A stretch of 64,000 bases of DNA from a virus (IMGVR_UViG_3300025771_000023:7934-71933); one strand, 5' to 3'. Shown: positions 30,401-41,672, counted from the stretch's first letter. Numbers and translations: made by a program. Notes: generated from the sequence alone by a model not told the origin.

Positions 30401-33400
30401 TGTTGGATTTAATAGCAAATACTCTTGATGGCAATGACCCTATTCCAGTTGCAGATTCATACTGCATAGGTGTTGAACCTACACCAACAAAAGTTGATTT
30501 TGGTCTATAAATCAATTCTTCATTTGTTTGGAAGAAATGATTCGGTATATTAAACTCTCCTGTAGACAAATTCAATTGAGAAGCATTGTTTGGATCAAAG
30601 GATTTTGTAAAGATTGGAGTATTTTGATAATTTAAATCAAAAATAGTTCTATCCAAACCCGAAAGGTATTGATTTACATTGACAGACTCTGCATTATTAT
30701 TGTATTGTAATGTGTTTGGAACATTTATCTGATCTATTTCTGAATAAAATAGTTCGTTATATGTTAAAATTTCAAGATTTCCAGAAAATTCTGGATCTGG
30801 ATAAAACTTTAGAGATACTACTGATCCAGTTATATCTCCACCGAATGTCCCTATTCCGCTTGTGCTTCCTATTGATAAAAATGGGTGTTGGATAGTAACA
30901 ACATTGGTTCTATCCGAAATTAACATCACTTGGTGTAATGCACTTGTAGTTCCAACACCAACCTTTACGGTTGATTTGAGGGAGGTAAATGTATTTACAT
31001 CAAATGATTTAATTGTAGAGGCAGCGGAAATATTTGAATATAATGCATCATAGATAACTGTTTTTTCAGACTCATCTGGTTGACCAGTAGATTTGAATCT
31101 ATATGTACCAATTCCAGATGCCGTAGTTCCGAATCCAACATTTCTAGATCTAACTATGATTGAGTTGTCAGTTGTATTTGTATATTCAATACTTAAAATT
31201 CCACCACTTATTGAAGCTCCAAAAGAACCAATAAAGTTGGAACTTAATTCATCTTCATTAGTATCAAAATAAAGTTCGGAAATATTAGTATTTGTACCAT
31301 CATGATCAACAAACAATTCAACATAATTCATATTATTGTTTGTGTTATCAATAATATGAATTTGTGAATGTATTGATTCAATTTTAGAAGTTGAAATTCC
31401 AATTAATGTGGAGGTATTTCCAGATCCAACAATCTTTGCCGAAGATGTTAAATCAATAAATCCAAATGACTCTGTTCCGATACCAGAAGAAAAACTTGTA
31501 AAATATGAATTCAAATATTTAATATTATAATCAGTGCTGTAAGGATTATTTGGACTAAATTTTAAAACTTTTATGTCATTCTTATCTTCAATAGAAATAT
31601 CACCTATTTTAGTGTGATCCGATGTTGTTAATCCAACATTAGATATAGAACCTTTTTCAAAGGTAAATGTATTTCCATCATCATCATTTAGGACAATAAT
31701 TTCATCAAATTGAACTTCAGAGTAATCATCACTAGTAATTTGAATTAAATATCTATTATACTTTCTTGATGTTTGTAAGTCATCAACCGCTGAAGATAAT
31801 TCCTGTGACTGTTCACTATTTGCAAATAAGTTACTTATATCATCAATTTGTAAAACTCTATTTGTTTTGCAATATATGTAATCGGATAGTCTCTTATTTT
31901 TAAATTTTAAATATCTAGATCCACCAGTAATGGTGTCTACATCATAAACAAAATCAAAATTATTGATAGTATCTACTCTATTTTGATTTATCAAATCAAC
32001 TAATGTTATTGAAGCACTTACGGAGGTTGTTATTCCACTCTCAACGTTTTTAATTATCTCAGTATCCGCAAAATTCTTAAGACCACTAGTATGGAGAAGT
32101 TTATTTACTGGACTTACAATATCTTCCCATTTTTGTCTACTCTTTACAGTATAGGATAGATTTTGATAGTAATCATTATTTGGAATGACTTGAGTATCTT
32201 GATTTAATTTTCCAATATCATCAGACCATCCAATATCTTGTCTGGTAAAATAATCAACTTCAAATCTACCAACAGACTCTTTAATGGTATTAATTGTTGC
32301 TGTAGTATAAGATTCTCTTCCTCTTATAATATCATCTTTCTTAATTTTGTAATCTCCACTGACTTTGATGGAGTTTTTATTAGATTCGGAAACTCTCAAA
32401 TCCACTTCAACAAACCCAACATTAGTTTTAACTTCTAAAGATTCGCCAATAATAAATTGAGCATAGTCTAAGGAAACATTGAACTTGGGATAATTATTAA
32501 AGTTTACTATCGAAGCATATACATTTTGTACGGTTTGCCCTATACCTGGATTTGTTGTTAAACCTGAAATATCAAACTCAAGTTCTGCATTTACTCCAAC
32601 TCCGCTATTAGTATAGGAAGAAACTGTAAAGAAATTATATCCATAATCTGAGGAATTAAATCCATCACCATCAGAACTGCTCTTTTCAAGACCTTCTACA
32701 AATATTTTGTCTCCGGTAGAGAATGGTTCTTCACCAAAACCAGTAGCTGGAGTCGTAAGAATACAAGTTACAATACCAGAAGATGATGCATAGAAAGTAT
32801 TAATTCCAATACCATTTGTATTATTGATTGCTCTAACAATAGTATTTGAAGTTAATCCCTTTGATGAAACAACATTCGAAACTGATATTATTGAGTTTCC
32901 TGAAAGATTTGCACGCAATAACCCAGAATCATTAACTTTACCAGTATCTCCATCAATAACAATTAAATCTGGAGTTGATAAGTAATTTTTACCTCCATTA
33001 GTTACATTAATAGAACTGATAGTATATGAATTATCTAATGTTATTAACTTATCAATAGACGCTTCTGGTCTTAAAGTTTTATCAGAAGAATATTCAAATC
33101 CCTGATTAATAATTTTTACTTGATTTACCTTTCCTATAGTATCTGATTTGACAACAACATATGCTTCTGTTCCTGACTGAGATTCAATATTAACAAAATC
33201 GGGAATCTTTTTATAATTCAATCCTGGTGATATAGTTCTGATGTCAGAAACACTTCCTGAAGCAGATGATGAATTTGTAGTGTACTTTAATACATCACAC
33301 TCTGTTTTTGCATATGAAACTTTTTCTGGTTCCTTATCTAATACAATATTAAAGGTTGTTGTTCCAGATCCGGAAATATTATATGTTCCAGAATAAACAC

Positions 33401-36400
33401 TATCAACAAATAGTATTTCATTATAATTTTTTATTTCTTTATCAGCAGTGCTAATATATCCAGATTTCTCTAAGTTATAATAAAGTTTAGTAGGAATATT
33501 CTCATCATGATAAACTGTTAAAGCAGACCCTACACTTCCTGGAGTTCCTGATGCAATTACATTGAAAGTATCTGTTGAACCGGTAGAAATAAATTCATCT
33601 TTAAATTCATTATCATAAAAAACCTTTAAGTTATATCCAGACAAACTAGAGTCTGAAGTATCAAAAACTAAATTATTTCCTTTTATTACTTCTATTTGGG
33701 GAGATATTAAACGGAAATTACTTGTAGAATCACCACTACTAGTTAATGAACTAACTATTGGGGGATTTTTGGTAGAATCTAAGTAGGTTTCGCATAGTTT
33801 AAATGTGTTATCATCAATTTTGTAAATATAGTAAGATCCAATATTAGTATCAACAATACTTCCGCCGGTTGTATAAGAATAATATACTTTATCACCAGTT
33901 TTATATCCATGCGAAGATATTGTTATTTCATCATTACTAGTATCAACACTAACACCTGGATTAAAATAAGTTCTTATGCTGGGTAAGTTATGTGTAACAT
34001 CTAAAGTTATTGCAACAGATGTGCTAGTCCCAATACCAACATTAAGATTTGGTTGAACACTTAGATTAATAGAGTCCCCATTTGTAAGACCATGAGAGGT
34101 TGAAACAGAAACTTGAGATCTAATTCTTTTTATATCTGCAGTTATTTGAGTAAAATTAGATTCTAAAGAATATTTGTAGTTATTATCTCCATTATTAATA
34201 AAGAATAACCCATTAGTAGTTGTAGTTAAACCAACTTCAGTAACGATTCCAATATGATCAGGAGATTTTTTTATAATATAAACATTTTGAGAATCTCCAT
34301 CTGGCAAATCAAATGGAGAACTTGCAGAAGTATTTGCTACAGAAATAGAAGATGATCCTGTAGGCTTTGTTAAAGTTACTTGTTGATTTGTTTTAAATGG
34401 ATGTCCGGGTAGGAAAATAGATTGAGTAGGTATGGAAATAATATTATTAGTTTGGTTGCCAACATTGTAAGTTACAGCAACTCCAATTCCTGCTGTTGTT
34501 CCAACACCAACAGATTGATTAGGGTTGAGATATACTAAGTCGTTTTCTTTTGAATCAAAATATTGTAATGACTTACTAATTGTAAATGAATCTGGAATAA
34601 AATTAACTGTTGTAGATGCACTATGAGCAGATCCGACAGACCCTCTATCAACTCTTAAAACACCTTGATTTCTAAAAATATTCAATAACGTAAAAGTATC
34701 TGATCCAATTTCAATACTACTTCCAATAGAAACATTATTTGGTATTCTTGAAACGTAAATATCAGTTACTACTCCTGCAGCAGGAATTTCTTTATTGAGA
34801 ACAGTCGTATAAGATGTTACTCCTATTTGATGTGTTCCTAACAACTCTGTCAAAGTAGTTGAAAATCCAGAAATAGTTACATAGTCTAAATTATCTAAAG
34901 AATGTCTTGGAGATACTTTTACCTTTACACTATCTTTATCGTTCCAAACAAAAATTGAATCATTGTATGGTAAAGTCGTTGTTTCAATTGATTCAATTTG
35001 TTTTCCACCAATTCTACCTACTTGTGCTATTAAACCGCTACCCCCTGTTTCAGATTCGTTAAATTGAAGAGTATCGCCAACTTTATAATTGTCTCCTGAG
35101 TTTATAATATTAAAATTTTCAATAGATCCCTTAGAAACAGATTCTACATTAATATTCTGCTTAACAATTTCGTTTGATTCAATAATAAAATCGTTCTCAG
35201 CATTATCGGCAGAAAGTTTATACGGAAATGTATTACGAATTAAATTCGAATTATTAAAATCAAATGATTGACTTAAATCTTTATTTTCACTAACAAAAGA
35301 TGATCTATATCTATCTCCTATGAAGTATGGAAATACTCCTACATTATCTCCTTCGGCATTTTCCACTGCCGTGGCAAAGTAAGCATATGTTCCATTGGGA
35401 AATTCGGGTGTTACACAATATCTACCATTATATTCATCCAAATCACCAATATTTGTAAACTTGTAATCTTCTATAAAAAATCCAACCTCACCAGTAGAAG
35501 ATTCGGAAGGTCTATTTGGTATATTGCTTAAACTCTTAGAATATCCTGAAACCAAACGTTTAGTATCTGATTTAATATCTTTTGGATTGGAATATCCAAA
35601 CGCACCATAAATTGGATTACCGTCATAAGCCCAACCAATAATTGGAGAATGAACTGGAGAAGCGTCTGTTCCCACATCTCCGAGTTCATTTTTTATGACA
35701 TCTCCATATCCGCAAATAGAATACTGAAGTTTATTGTAAGAAGAAGATATAATCTCATTTGCTTCAGCATCTGTACTTGTAACGTCATTATAAAAAATAT
35801 TATTATTTACATTTAATGAACGAATATTAGCATCAAGTAATGCTCCACTACCTGCAGATTTTGCCTGAATTATTGTATTTGATGTTGAATAACCTATACC
35901 ACTATTAACAACAATAATACTATCAATTTTATTATTGACCAATACTGGTTTTAACTCAGCTCCGGTTCCATTTCCACTGACAATAATGTCTGGTACTGAA
36001 TAATATTCTCTACCTTTACTTTGAATAGATACTCTTTCTATACCGCCATTTGAAATAATGGGAATAAATTGAGAATCTTTTCCATTTTTTATTTCAATTG
36101 TTGGTTTTTTATTATAATTTAAAATAGTAGATCCATAATCAGATCCTTGATCATATACTAATGCAGAAACAATTTTTCCTCTTACGATAGGTGTAGCACT
36201 GATTGAACCTCTAAATTGCGTGCTACCTAATCCAACCGCTCCATAATTTACTTGAAGACTAATATCTGGATAATTAAAAATTTGATATCCGCTTGCTCCA
36301 GATTCTAATCGGACATATTTTTGTCTATCATAATTTGTTTTTATGGTTCCACCTATTCCAGCATCAGATACTTTAAAAGTATCATCGTCAATTTTAGTTA

Positions 36401-39341
36401 CATAATATTGATTTGCCGAAGAAAGACCAGTAACAGCAGATGTTTCATATGTATATGATACTAACTCTCCACTATTAAATCCATGATTTTTAAAAGTTAT
36501 TGAATTTTTTCTATTTTTTGGACTAATATTTGATGGATCGACATAAATTTTTCTATTTTCATATCCCTCTCCACCATTAATAACTCTAATTTCTGATAAT
36601 GTATTTTTTACTTGAGTTCCAAACTTTTGTATACCCAAAGTACCAGTAGAAGTAAATCCTACAGTATTAATACCAGACTTATAATCACCTAATGATTTGT
36701 AAAGTTGAATAGTATTATCACTTATAAACTTAGTGTAATAAGTTACATTATTGCTAAGGGTTTCTCCAGTACTATCATTCGAACCATTAAAAGTTCCTAT
36801 ACCTAAAGCAGAAACTCCAGTTCTAGCAAGATAAGTAATTGGCTCTCCATCAACTAAACCATGAGGTTTTGTAAATGTTATAGTTTCGTTTGTAACATCA
36901 ACACCTCCGCCATTAGATAATTGTGCTGCATTAAACTCTATTTCCCTACGTTTTTTTCTAATAACAGGTTCAAAAGATGCACCTTTACCATTACCACCTG
37001 TTAAAACAACCGAGACTATGACATCAATATCAAAATCTTGTGGTTCTACTAATATTTTTTCTACAGACCCTCTTATTGCAGGTTGGACAAGAGCAGTACC
37101 AGAATCGACGGAAAGAAGTGGAGGATTAATAACATCGTATCCAGATCCACCAGATAAAACATTAACAGACTCTAAAGGACCATAATAAATTTTGTTATCG
37201 GTCTTATAGCTTGTAATTTCGACTCCATTGACTAACATTCCAATAGAACCTGGAGTTATTAAATCAGATTTTCCATCGCCCATATTGACCGATAATGGAA
37301 ACTTCCTTAATATTTTTTGAGCTGATATAACTTTTTCTTTTTGAGATTTGAGAACAAAATTATGAGTTCCTGGGGGCAATATACCAAAATATTTGTATCC
37401 AGAAGTTCCTAATGTGGATCTAGACTCGTGCAATCTTATTGAAAGATTGTCGGATAAAACCTCAACAAAATACGATCTTTCTGACAATCCAGAAATTACG
37501 TTTCCAGTTGCAGAGTAATAGACTTCCGATCCAGTTTTGAATGAAACTTTTGACGAAAAAGTAATCGTTGAATAAAGATCAGTATTTGTATTTTTTCCAC
37601 CAACTCCTGATGCATTATAACTAAAAATATTTTTAGTTATTTCATATGATGGTAATGAATTTGATGCAACATACATAAACTCATCATTTTCATTATAAAC
37701 ATTTTGAATATCAGATACTATAGAATTAAATTCTAAATTAACATTTCTCGATGAAGAGGACTTTAATTTTCTTCTAATATCATACTTAAAACCATTTTTA
37801 AGTACAAATGACTTTGATAAAGAAATTGTTCTTCCTGCAATCGATGTGATTTCTAAATCAGTTTCTTCTTTATTTTGAGAATTTCTTGAAAGTATATCTA
37901 CTACATCACCTACCTTTAAACTTGATTTGTCAATATCACTACTTAAAGTTACTTGAGATGTTTCTCCAGATGAAAAACTATTGATTTCATACCTGGAACT
38001 TGTATTATAAATCCAACTATTTGCAAATATCTCTTTATAAGTTTTATTATCTATTGGATTTTCAATTATTTCTCCAAGATTTTTTACCTTTAATTTTTCA
38101 TTAACTGATACTGATGACTCTTCTTTTCCTGAATTATACTCAGATATAACGCCAGTTAATCTTAACTCTACTTTTTTTGTAATGTCTCCATTTTCATACC
38201 CATAATATGTTTCATTAGAACGAACTATAGATGCAGTAGGAACATATTCTGTAATGTTTGAACATCCAAAAAATTGATTTATAGACTTACTTGTATAAGT
38301 TATTTGATTATTTCCTGCATAAAGTGTTCCGGACTCTGGAAAACCAATGGTGCTATCTACCGTAATGACAGTATCTGTAGTCAGGATATCGTTTATATTT
38401 CTGCTACTACCTGTAATATTAAATGTGCCAGTAGTTGTTGGAAATGCATCATCAAAACCGACAAAAAGAAAAAGTTTATAGTAAGTTTTTCCTTTTCTAT
38501 TAATTATTTCAACTTCAGACACTGGTGCTGTACTGCCAGAATCTGTTGTTTTAATAATAGTTTGCCCAGCAAGATTTAAGGGATTTCCTGATATTGCTTC
38601 CGCAACTACTACATCTCTTCTGATGTATGTAGATGAAGATGGTTTATTTAAAAACTTTTCTAGATCAACTACCTTTGGAGTTTCTCCATAAAGAACATTA
38701 AACAATATTCTAAAGGACTCTTCTGTTCCTTTAGACTCATAAAAAGTTCTAGCTTCTTTAATAAAGTTGCCAACGTTTAAATTTTCAGTGAAATTTAAAT
38801 TTTCTAGTCCCGGTGTTAAAGAATATTTAATTTTTTTATAAAATTCCTTCAAAAATAAGGAACTTAAATTCTGAACAGGAGAATTTGCATCATGAGACGA
38901 CGCAGATGATGTTGAAAATATGAGGTCTTCTTGATTTAATTCTTGATGATAATTGGTAATTCCACTAAAACCACGAACACAACCAGTAAAAGTTGTTGTA
39001 GTTGATCCAGTGTAAGTAATGATCTCGTCATCAATTTTTATGAGACCATATTTTGATGGAAATCCTTTTGTGCTACTAACACTAATCGTACTATCATCTA
39101 CAAGAACTGCTTGTGTTGTTGTAGAACTATCTACTATAACCTCTGGTTTGAACTTATCAAGTTTTAAATATTGATCAAGATTGTCAATAATATCGACAAC
39201 GCCACCTTGATATTCTTGAGAGATATAGTACTGCTTTAAAAATTCGGCAGTTTTTGGACTTTCATCTATAATAAATTCTGGGAGTTGATTGTCAACTATT
39301 TGCTGAATCTTTATTCTAGATTCAAAACCAGCTTCGATCAT
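27495..39341 (-). CDS. gp7: baseplate wedge initiator, giant (3948 aa)
   Basis: QLPEFI...FLKQYY, FYESKGTEESFRILF, HSPIIGWAYDGNPIYG, YYQNLSY..KS...LHTSG; lies between gp6 and gp8. Confidence 0.9.
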   Translation of the reverse strand: MIEAGFESRIKIQQIVDNQLPEFIIDESPKTAEFLKQYYISQEYQGGVVDIIDNLDQYLKLDKFKPEVIVDSSTTTQAVLVDDSTISVSSTKGFPSKYGLIKIDDEIITYTGSTTTTFTGCVRGFSGITNYHQELNQEDLIFSTSSASSHDANSPVQNLSSLFLKEFYKKIKYSLTPGLENLNFTENLNVGNFIKEARTFYESKGTEESFRILFNVLYGETPKVVDLEKFLNKPSSSTYIRRDVVVAEAISGNPLNLAGQTIIKTTDSGSTAPVSEVEIINRKGKTYYKLFLFVGFDDAFPTTTGTFNITGSSRNINDILTTDTVITVDSTIGFPESGTLYAGNNQITYTSKSINQFFGCSNITEYVPTASIVRSNETYYGYENGDITKKVELRLTGVISEYNSGKEESSVSVNEKLKVKNLGEIIENPIDNKTYKEIFANSWIYNTSSRYEINSFSSGETSQVTLSSDIDKSSLKVGDVVDILSRNSQNKEETDLEITSIAGRTISLSKSFVLKNGFKYDIRRKLKSSSSRNVNLEFNSIVSDIQNVYNENDEFMYVASNSLPSYEITKNIFSYNASGVGGKNTNTDLYSTITFSSKVSFKTGSEVYYSATGNVISGLSERSYFVEVLSDNLSIRLHESRSTLGTSGYKYFGILPPGTHNFVLKSQKEKVISAQKILRKFPLSVNMGDGKSDLITPGSIGMLVNGVEITSYKTDNKIYYGPLESVNVLSGGSGYDVINPPLLSVDSGTALVQPAIRGSVEKILVEPQDFDIDVIVSVVLTGGNGKGASFEPVIRKKRREIEFNAAQLSNGGGVDVTNETITFTKPHGLVDGEPITYLARTGVSALGIGTFNGSNDSTGETLSNNVTYYTKFISDNTIQLYKSLGDYKSGINTVGFTSTGTLGIQKFGTQVKNTLSEIRVINGGEGYENRKIYVDPSNISPKNRKNSITFKNHGFNSGELVSYTYETSAVTGLSSANQYYVTKIDDDTFKVSDAGIGGTIKTNYDRQKYVRLESGASGYQIFNYPDISLQVNYGAVGLGSTQFRGSISATPIVRGKIVSALVYDQGSDYGSTILNYNKKPTIEIKNGKDSQFIPIISNGGIERVSIQSKGREYYSVPDIIVSGNGTGAELKPVLVNNKIDSIIVVNSGIGYSTSNTIIQAKSAGSGALLDANIRSLNVNNNIFYNDVTSTDAEANEIISSSYNKLQYSICGYGDVIKNELGDVGTDASPVHSPIIGWAYDGNPIYGAFGYSNPKDIKSDTKRLVSGYSKSLSNIPNRPSESSTGEVGFFIEDYKFTNIGDLDEYNGRYCVTPEFPNGTYAYFATAVENAEGDNVGVFPYFIGDRYRSSFVSENKDLSQSFDFNNSNLIRNTFPYKLSADNAENDFIIESNEIVKQNINVESVSKGSIENFNIINSGDNYKVGDTLQFNESETGGSGLIAQVGRIGGKQIESIETTTLPYNDSIFVWNDKDSVKVKVSPRHSLDNLDYVTISGFSTTLTELLGTHQIGVTSYTTVLNKEIPAAGVVTDIYVSRIPNNVSIGSSIEIGSDTFTLLNIFRNQGVLRVDRGSVGSAHSASTTVNFIPDSFTISKSLQYFDSKENDLVYLNPNQSVGVGTTAGIGVAVTYNVGNQTNNIISIPTQSIFLPGHPFKTNQQVTLTKPTGSSSISVANTSASSPFDLPDGDSQNVYIIKKSPDHIGIVTEVGLTTTTNGLFFINNGDNNYKYSLESNFTQITADIKRIRSQVSVSTSHGLTNGDSINLSVQPNLNVGIGTSTSVAITLDVTHNLPSIRTYFNPGVSVDTSNDEITISSHGYKTGDKVYYSYTTGGSIVDTNIGSYYIYKIDDNTFKLCETYLDSTKNPPIVSSLTSSGDSTSNFRLISPQIEVIKGNNLVFDTSDSSLSGYNLKVFYDNEFKDEFISTGSTDTFNVIASGTPGSVGSALTVYHDENIPTKLYYNLEKSGYISTADKEIKNYNEILFVDSVYSGTYNISGSGTTTFNIVLDKEPEKVSYAKTECDVLKYTTNSSSASGSVSDIRTISPGLNYKKIPDFVNIESQSGTEAYVVVKSDTIGKVNQVKIINQGFEYSSDKTLRPEASIDKLITLDNSYTISSINVTNGGKNYLSTPDLIVIDGDTGKVNDSGLLRANLSGNSIISVSNVVSSKGLTSNTIVRAINNTNGIGINTFYASSSGIVTCILTTPATGFGEEPFSTGDKIFVEGLEKSSSDGDGFNSSDYGYNFFTVSSYTNSGVGVNAELEFDISGLTTNPGIGQTVQNVYASIVNFNNYPKFNVSLDYAQFIIGESLEVKTNVGFVEVDLRVSESNKNSIKVSGDYKIKKDDIIRGRESYTTATINTIKESVGRFEVDYFTRQDIGWSDDIGKLNQDTQVIPNNDYYQNLSYTVKSRQKWEDIVSPVNKLLHTSGLKNFADTEIIKNVESGITTSVSASITLVDLINQNRVDTINNFDFVYDVDTITGGSRYLKFKNKRLSDYIYCKTNRVLQIDDISNLFANSEQSQELSSAVDDLQTSRKYNRYLIQITSDDYSEVQFDEIIVLNDDDGNTFTFEKGSISNVGLTTSDHTKIGDISIEDKNDIKVLKFSPNNPYSTDYNIKYLNSYFTSFSSGIGTESFGFIDLTSSAKIVGSGNTSTLIGISTSKIESIHSQIHIIDNTNNNMNYVELFVDHDGTNTNISELYFDTNEDELSSNFIGSFGASISGGILSIEYTNTTDNSIIVRSRNVGFGTTASGIGTYRFKSTGQPDESEKTVIYDALYSNISAASTIKSFDVNTFTSLKSTVKVGVGTTSALHQVMLISDRTNVVTIQHPFLSIGSTSGIGTFGGDITGSVVSLKFYPDPEFSGNLEILTYNELFYSEIDQINVPNTLQYNNNAESVNVNQYLSGLDRTIFDLNYQNTPIFTKSFDPNNASQLNLSTGEFNIPNHFFQTNEELIYRPKSTFVGVGSTPMQYESATGIGSLPSRVFAIKSNNNTFSISTERAGTAVTFVSPGEGNAHEFEMVKKNEKVIISIDNVVQPPLSYSLLQYNVDNNGNNIGFTTNIIPLSGISSIVPNDVLKIGDEYMKVSNVGFGTSISGPISFGGTFPLVQVEREFVGTSASTYSDATTVSLYRGAFNIAGNKIHFTAPPTGVLENRSEEDDNNLPDARSSFGGRVFLKQDYTTNKIYDNISENFTGIGQTYQLTVGGINTTGLGSTGGSGIVLINGIFQSPTTENNPSNNFLIEEDTVAGISSIVFSGITSTDGSKIISESDVNQNQLPRGGMIVSLGSTPGLGYAPLVGASVTAIIAGGSITSIGIGTTGNWGSGYREPVSIAITDSSGGSGADISVIVGAGGTLSFNVSNGGSGYDESTTIVELPSPSYENLSVIGVSRLGIGTTTETGTGLLLNIEIGASQTTGIGSTLFQVSEFSVVRSGYGFKPGDVITAVGLVTDYGLSEPLEQFQLTVLDTFTDQFSSWEFGTLDYIDSIKQYQDGIQKRFSLFYNNQLLSFEKNTSNDDSQFIDMDSLLIIFINGILQQPKESYQFEGGTSFVFTDAPKPEDDVAIYFYRGSYSDSFIVDEEETIKIGDSVQVFDNINIEDTKTQEIRTVSDIAYSDKIQTNLYRGVGIDEVNDKPLYWTKQKVDKIIDGYPVYKTRNSIEPQVYPTAKIIKDVTTTDSTIFVDNSQFFEYDTPTSFDGLIVSGVSDPVSAAVTAVVSAAGTIQSLSIESGGSGYTGSSVVAKISAPQRVGVGIGTTATATITVSNGSLTTPVTITNPGFGYTQTKPPQVIIALPEIVSEEITNIQTVQGADGNITGIGTTVGIGTDLALYFNITTGDLQTGYYIYVSDTIVGNGVTSIIDTDDDIVGIGTTCVDNIYRISGLDAGAGIVTCNIHSQTNVVGIATTTGNYVGKFSWGRLSNLTRGASPISIGVSAYEVSSGLTTFPTIQRRGEGLRNIGPIS

Positions 39342-39342
39342 G

Positions 39343-41250
39343 TTATATCCTCTTTAATTCCCCGTTTGAATAGCTTGATCTATAATAATCAGTTCTTGAA
39401 AATACTGTTCCTGATATATCATCACCAGATGCAATAACATCTTTTACCATATTTATATTGCTTTTGCCAATGCTGAAGGACAAATACAAATCGTTTAAAC
39501 CAATGATATCATTTGATTCTGGGAATGCTTGTATCTCCACAATATCACCAGTTAAAGATGTAGATGTAATGGTTACGGCTCCTATTAGTATTTCTCCCGT
39601 AACATAGTTCACAGTACCCGCTGACTGGACCACAACTGGTATTGAGGAAGATATAGTACCATCTGCATTAGAGATTGTTTCTACGTCCTTTACGATAGAA
39701 ATTGTGCCTGTTCGGAGGTCTTCATTTGGAGTATCAGTAAAGTATACTGTACTGGTTTCTCCTAAAACTTTAAATCCGGTAGATTTAATATTTTTTCCGG
39801 CAGGATTTGCATGAAATTTATTTCCAAAACAAATTTCATATTGCGTTGGAGAATTGACTTTAACCTTCAAATCCCTTCGAATTCTTACTTTCGTAATATT
39901 TGATGTTATAGCAGCATCTGTTGCATCTATGGTTCTAAGGACTTTACTATATCTAAATCTTCCACCAAATGAATTTAATTCCGATGATCTTGAATATGCG
40001 GTCAATGAATTAATAACTCTAGATTTTAGATCTTCGACACTACCTACCTGAGAAGAGTTATAATATATTGATGAATCTAATTCGACATAAAGTATTTTTG
40101 CATCGATGATATCCGCATCAATGCCGGAAACCGAATATAATTTAAGTTTATTTTTTATTTGCTGCTTATTAAAATCTGAAACATAAGTACCACCTTTTGG
40201 TTTAATACTTATAATTACCTTTCCAAATTGAGGTGGATCTAATTCCTCTCCACCAACTACGGATACGGATTCTGCGTTTGGAAATATTTTTGATTTAATA
40301 ATTGTCTCATAGTCCCCAGAAGTTACTGCTCTATATTGAGAAGCATACAAACGAGGAGCAAAATTGCGAATAGAATCTATAGATTCAATATCAGAACCAT
40401 TTTGTGAACTCTGAATAGTTGTTATAGCACTGACTGTTGCAGTATTATCATCAGTGAATGCTCCGGCAAAAGAAAATGATGATGCACCATTACCTTCTTT
40501 TCCATTTGTCACAATATAAGTGACGGTAATTACCGAATCATTTTCTAATTTTTTACCAAAATATCCATCACCAAAAAGAAGTTCATATTTTTCGTCTTGA
40601 ACTTCTTGAATTAAAAACGTTTCTGATGTTGAATTAACTTGGAAAATATTTTCAATTAAATCATACTTATTCCCATTTCCACTATCATTCGGACCCTTTA
40701 CATAAACAACAATTGTTGAGGTGTCTATAAATGAATTATCTAATACAAATCTTTGATCTAGAGATCCATCAACTGTAAAAGTTTTCTTTAAAAACGTTCC
40801 TTCTTTGATTTTAACATTATTAAATGTTGCAACCCCATTGGATACTGTTGCCGTAATATTTTCAGGAACAGAAAAAACGTAAGAACTTTCTCTAAGATTA
40901 CCTATACAAACTAGACCTGCTTGTATAGTTAATGTATCAGTTCCACTTGTTGTTGCCGTAAATGATACGGTTGCCTCGGATGAAGTTCTTGATGAAGGAA
41001 CATATCCAATATTCCTTGCAAGAGATACTACATTCTCTCGAACTGTTGCCGAATCTAAAAATGATTCATTGACGACCAAATTCGAATTAAATGCAGTAAT
41101 GTAAGTATTATATGCTAACGTATCGATCAGAACAGAAAAGTTTGAACCCTCAAAATCAAAATCCGTGAAAGTAGAATTTGCACGGAGATAATCTTTTATT
41201 GAAGTCTTTATCTGATCAAAATCTAGATTTGTAAACTTTGTAAAAGGCAT
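39343..41250 (-). CDS. gp6: baseplate wedge subunit
   Basis: LDFDQIK, DFDFEGS, LAYNT, NESFLDSA, QYRAVT.GDY, GGEE.DPP.FGKV. Confidence 0.97.
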   Translation of the reverse strand: MPFTKFTNLDFDQIKTSIKDYLRANSTFTDFDFEGSNFSVLIDTLAYNTYITAFNSNLVVNESFLDSATVRENVVSLARNIGYVPSSRTSSEATVSFTATTSGTDTLTIQAGLVCIGNLRESSYVFSVPENITATVSNGVATFNNVKIKEGTFLKKTFTVDGSLDQRFVLDNSFIDTSTIVVYVKGPNDSGNGNKYDLIENIFQVNSTSETFLIQEVQDEKYELLFGDGYFGKKLENDSVITVTYIVTNGKEGNGASSFSFAGAFTDDNTATVSAITTIQSSQNGSDIESIDSIRNFAPRLYASQYRAVTSGDYETIIKSKIFPNAESVSVVGGEELDPPQFGKVIISIKPKGGTYVSDFNKQQIKNKLKLYSVSGIDADIIDAKILYVELDSSIYYNSSQVGSVEDLKSRVINSLTAYSRSSELNSFGGRFRYSKVLRTIDATDAAITSNITKVRIRRDLKVKVNSPTQYEICFGNKFHANPAGKNIKSTGFKVLGETSTVYFTDTPNEDLRTGTISIVKDVETISNADGTISSSIPVVVQSAGTVNYVTGEILIGAVTITSTSLTGDIVEIQAFPESNDIIGLNDLYLSFSIGKSNINMVKDVIASGDDISGTVFSRTDYYRSSYSNGELKRI

Positions 41251-41251
41251 T

Positions 41252-41653
41252 TTATCTTGTTGCCTCTAATATGAACGTAAACTGTTGTGTTGGAATCTCT
41301 TGTCCAATAATATTAAAAACTATTGTAACCTCAAATTCATTTGAATCTGGAAGTACTTCCACAGAAACATCAACATCTTCAACTCTTGGTTCATAATTTG
41401 ATATTGCATTTAAAATTTGATCCCGAATGATAGACCCGGTTCCAAAATCGGCAAATTCGAACAAACTTGAACGAACTTCTGATCCTAAATCTGGATTAAA
41501 AAATCTTTCATTCGGGATTGTTTCTACAATATTGCGAATTGAGCGACTAATTGCTCTTTCATTTTTCAGAATTGGCAAGTCTTTCGTAATAGGATGAGGT
41601 TCAAAGGACAAACTAATGTCCTTAAACGCTCTTGATATGCGAGTTATTGCCAT
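41252..41653 (-). CDS. gp25: baseplate wedge / sheath initiation protein
   Basis: FKDISLSF..HP, ERFFNP.LGS, NYEPRV. Confidence 0.95.
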   Translation of the reverse strand: MAITRISRAFKDISLSFEPHPITKDLPILKNERAISRSIRNIVETIPNERFFNPDLGSEVRSSLFEFADFGTGSIIRDQILNAISNYEPRVEDVDVSVEVLPDSNEFEVTIVFNIIGQEIPTQQFTFILEATR

Positions 41654-41672
41654 CAGACAAGGGATTTTTCTT

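Noticed and set aside
338-40051. Numerous short plus-strand and alternate-frame ORFs in the structural module
   Set aside because: All lie inside strongly supported minus-strand genes and lack independent signals.
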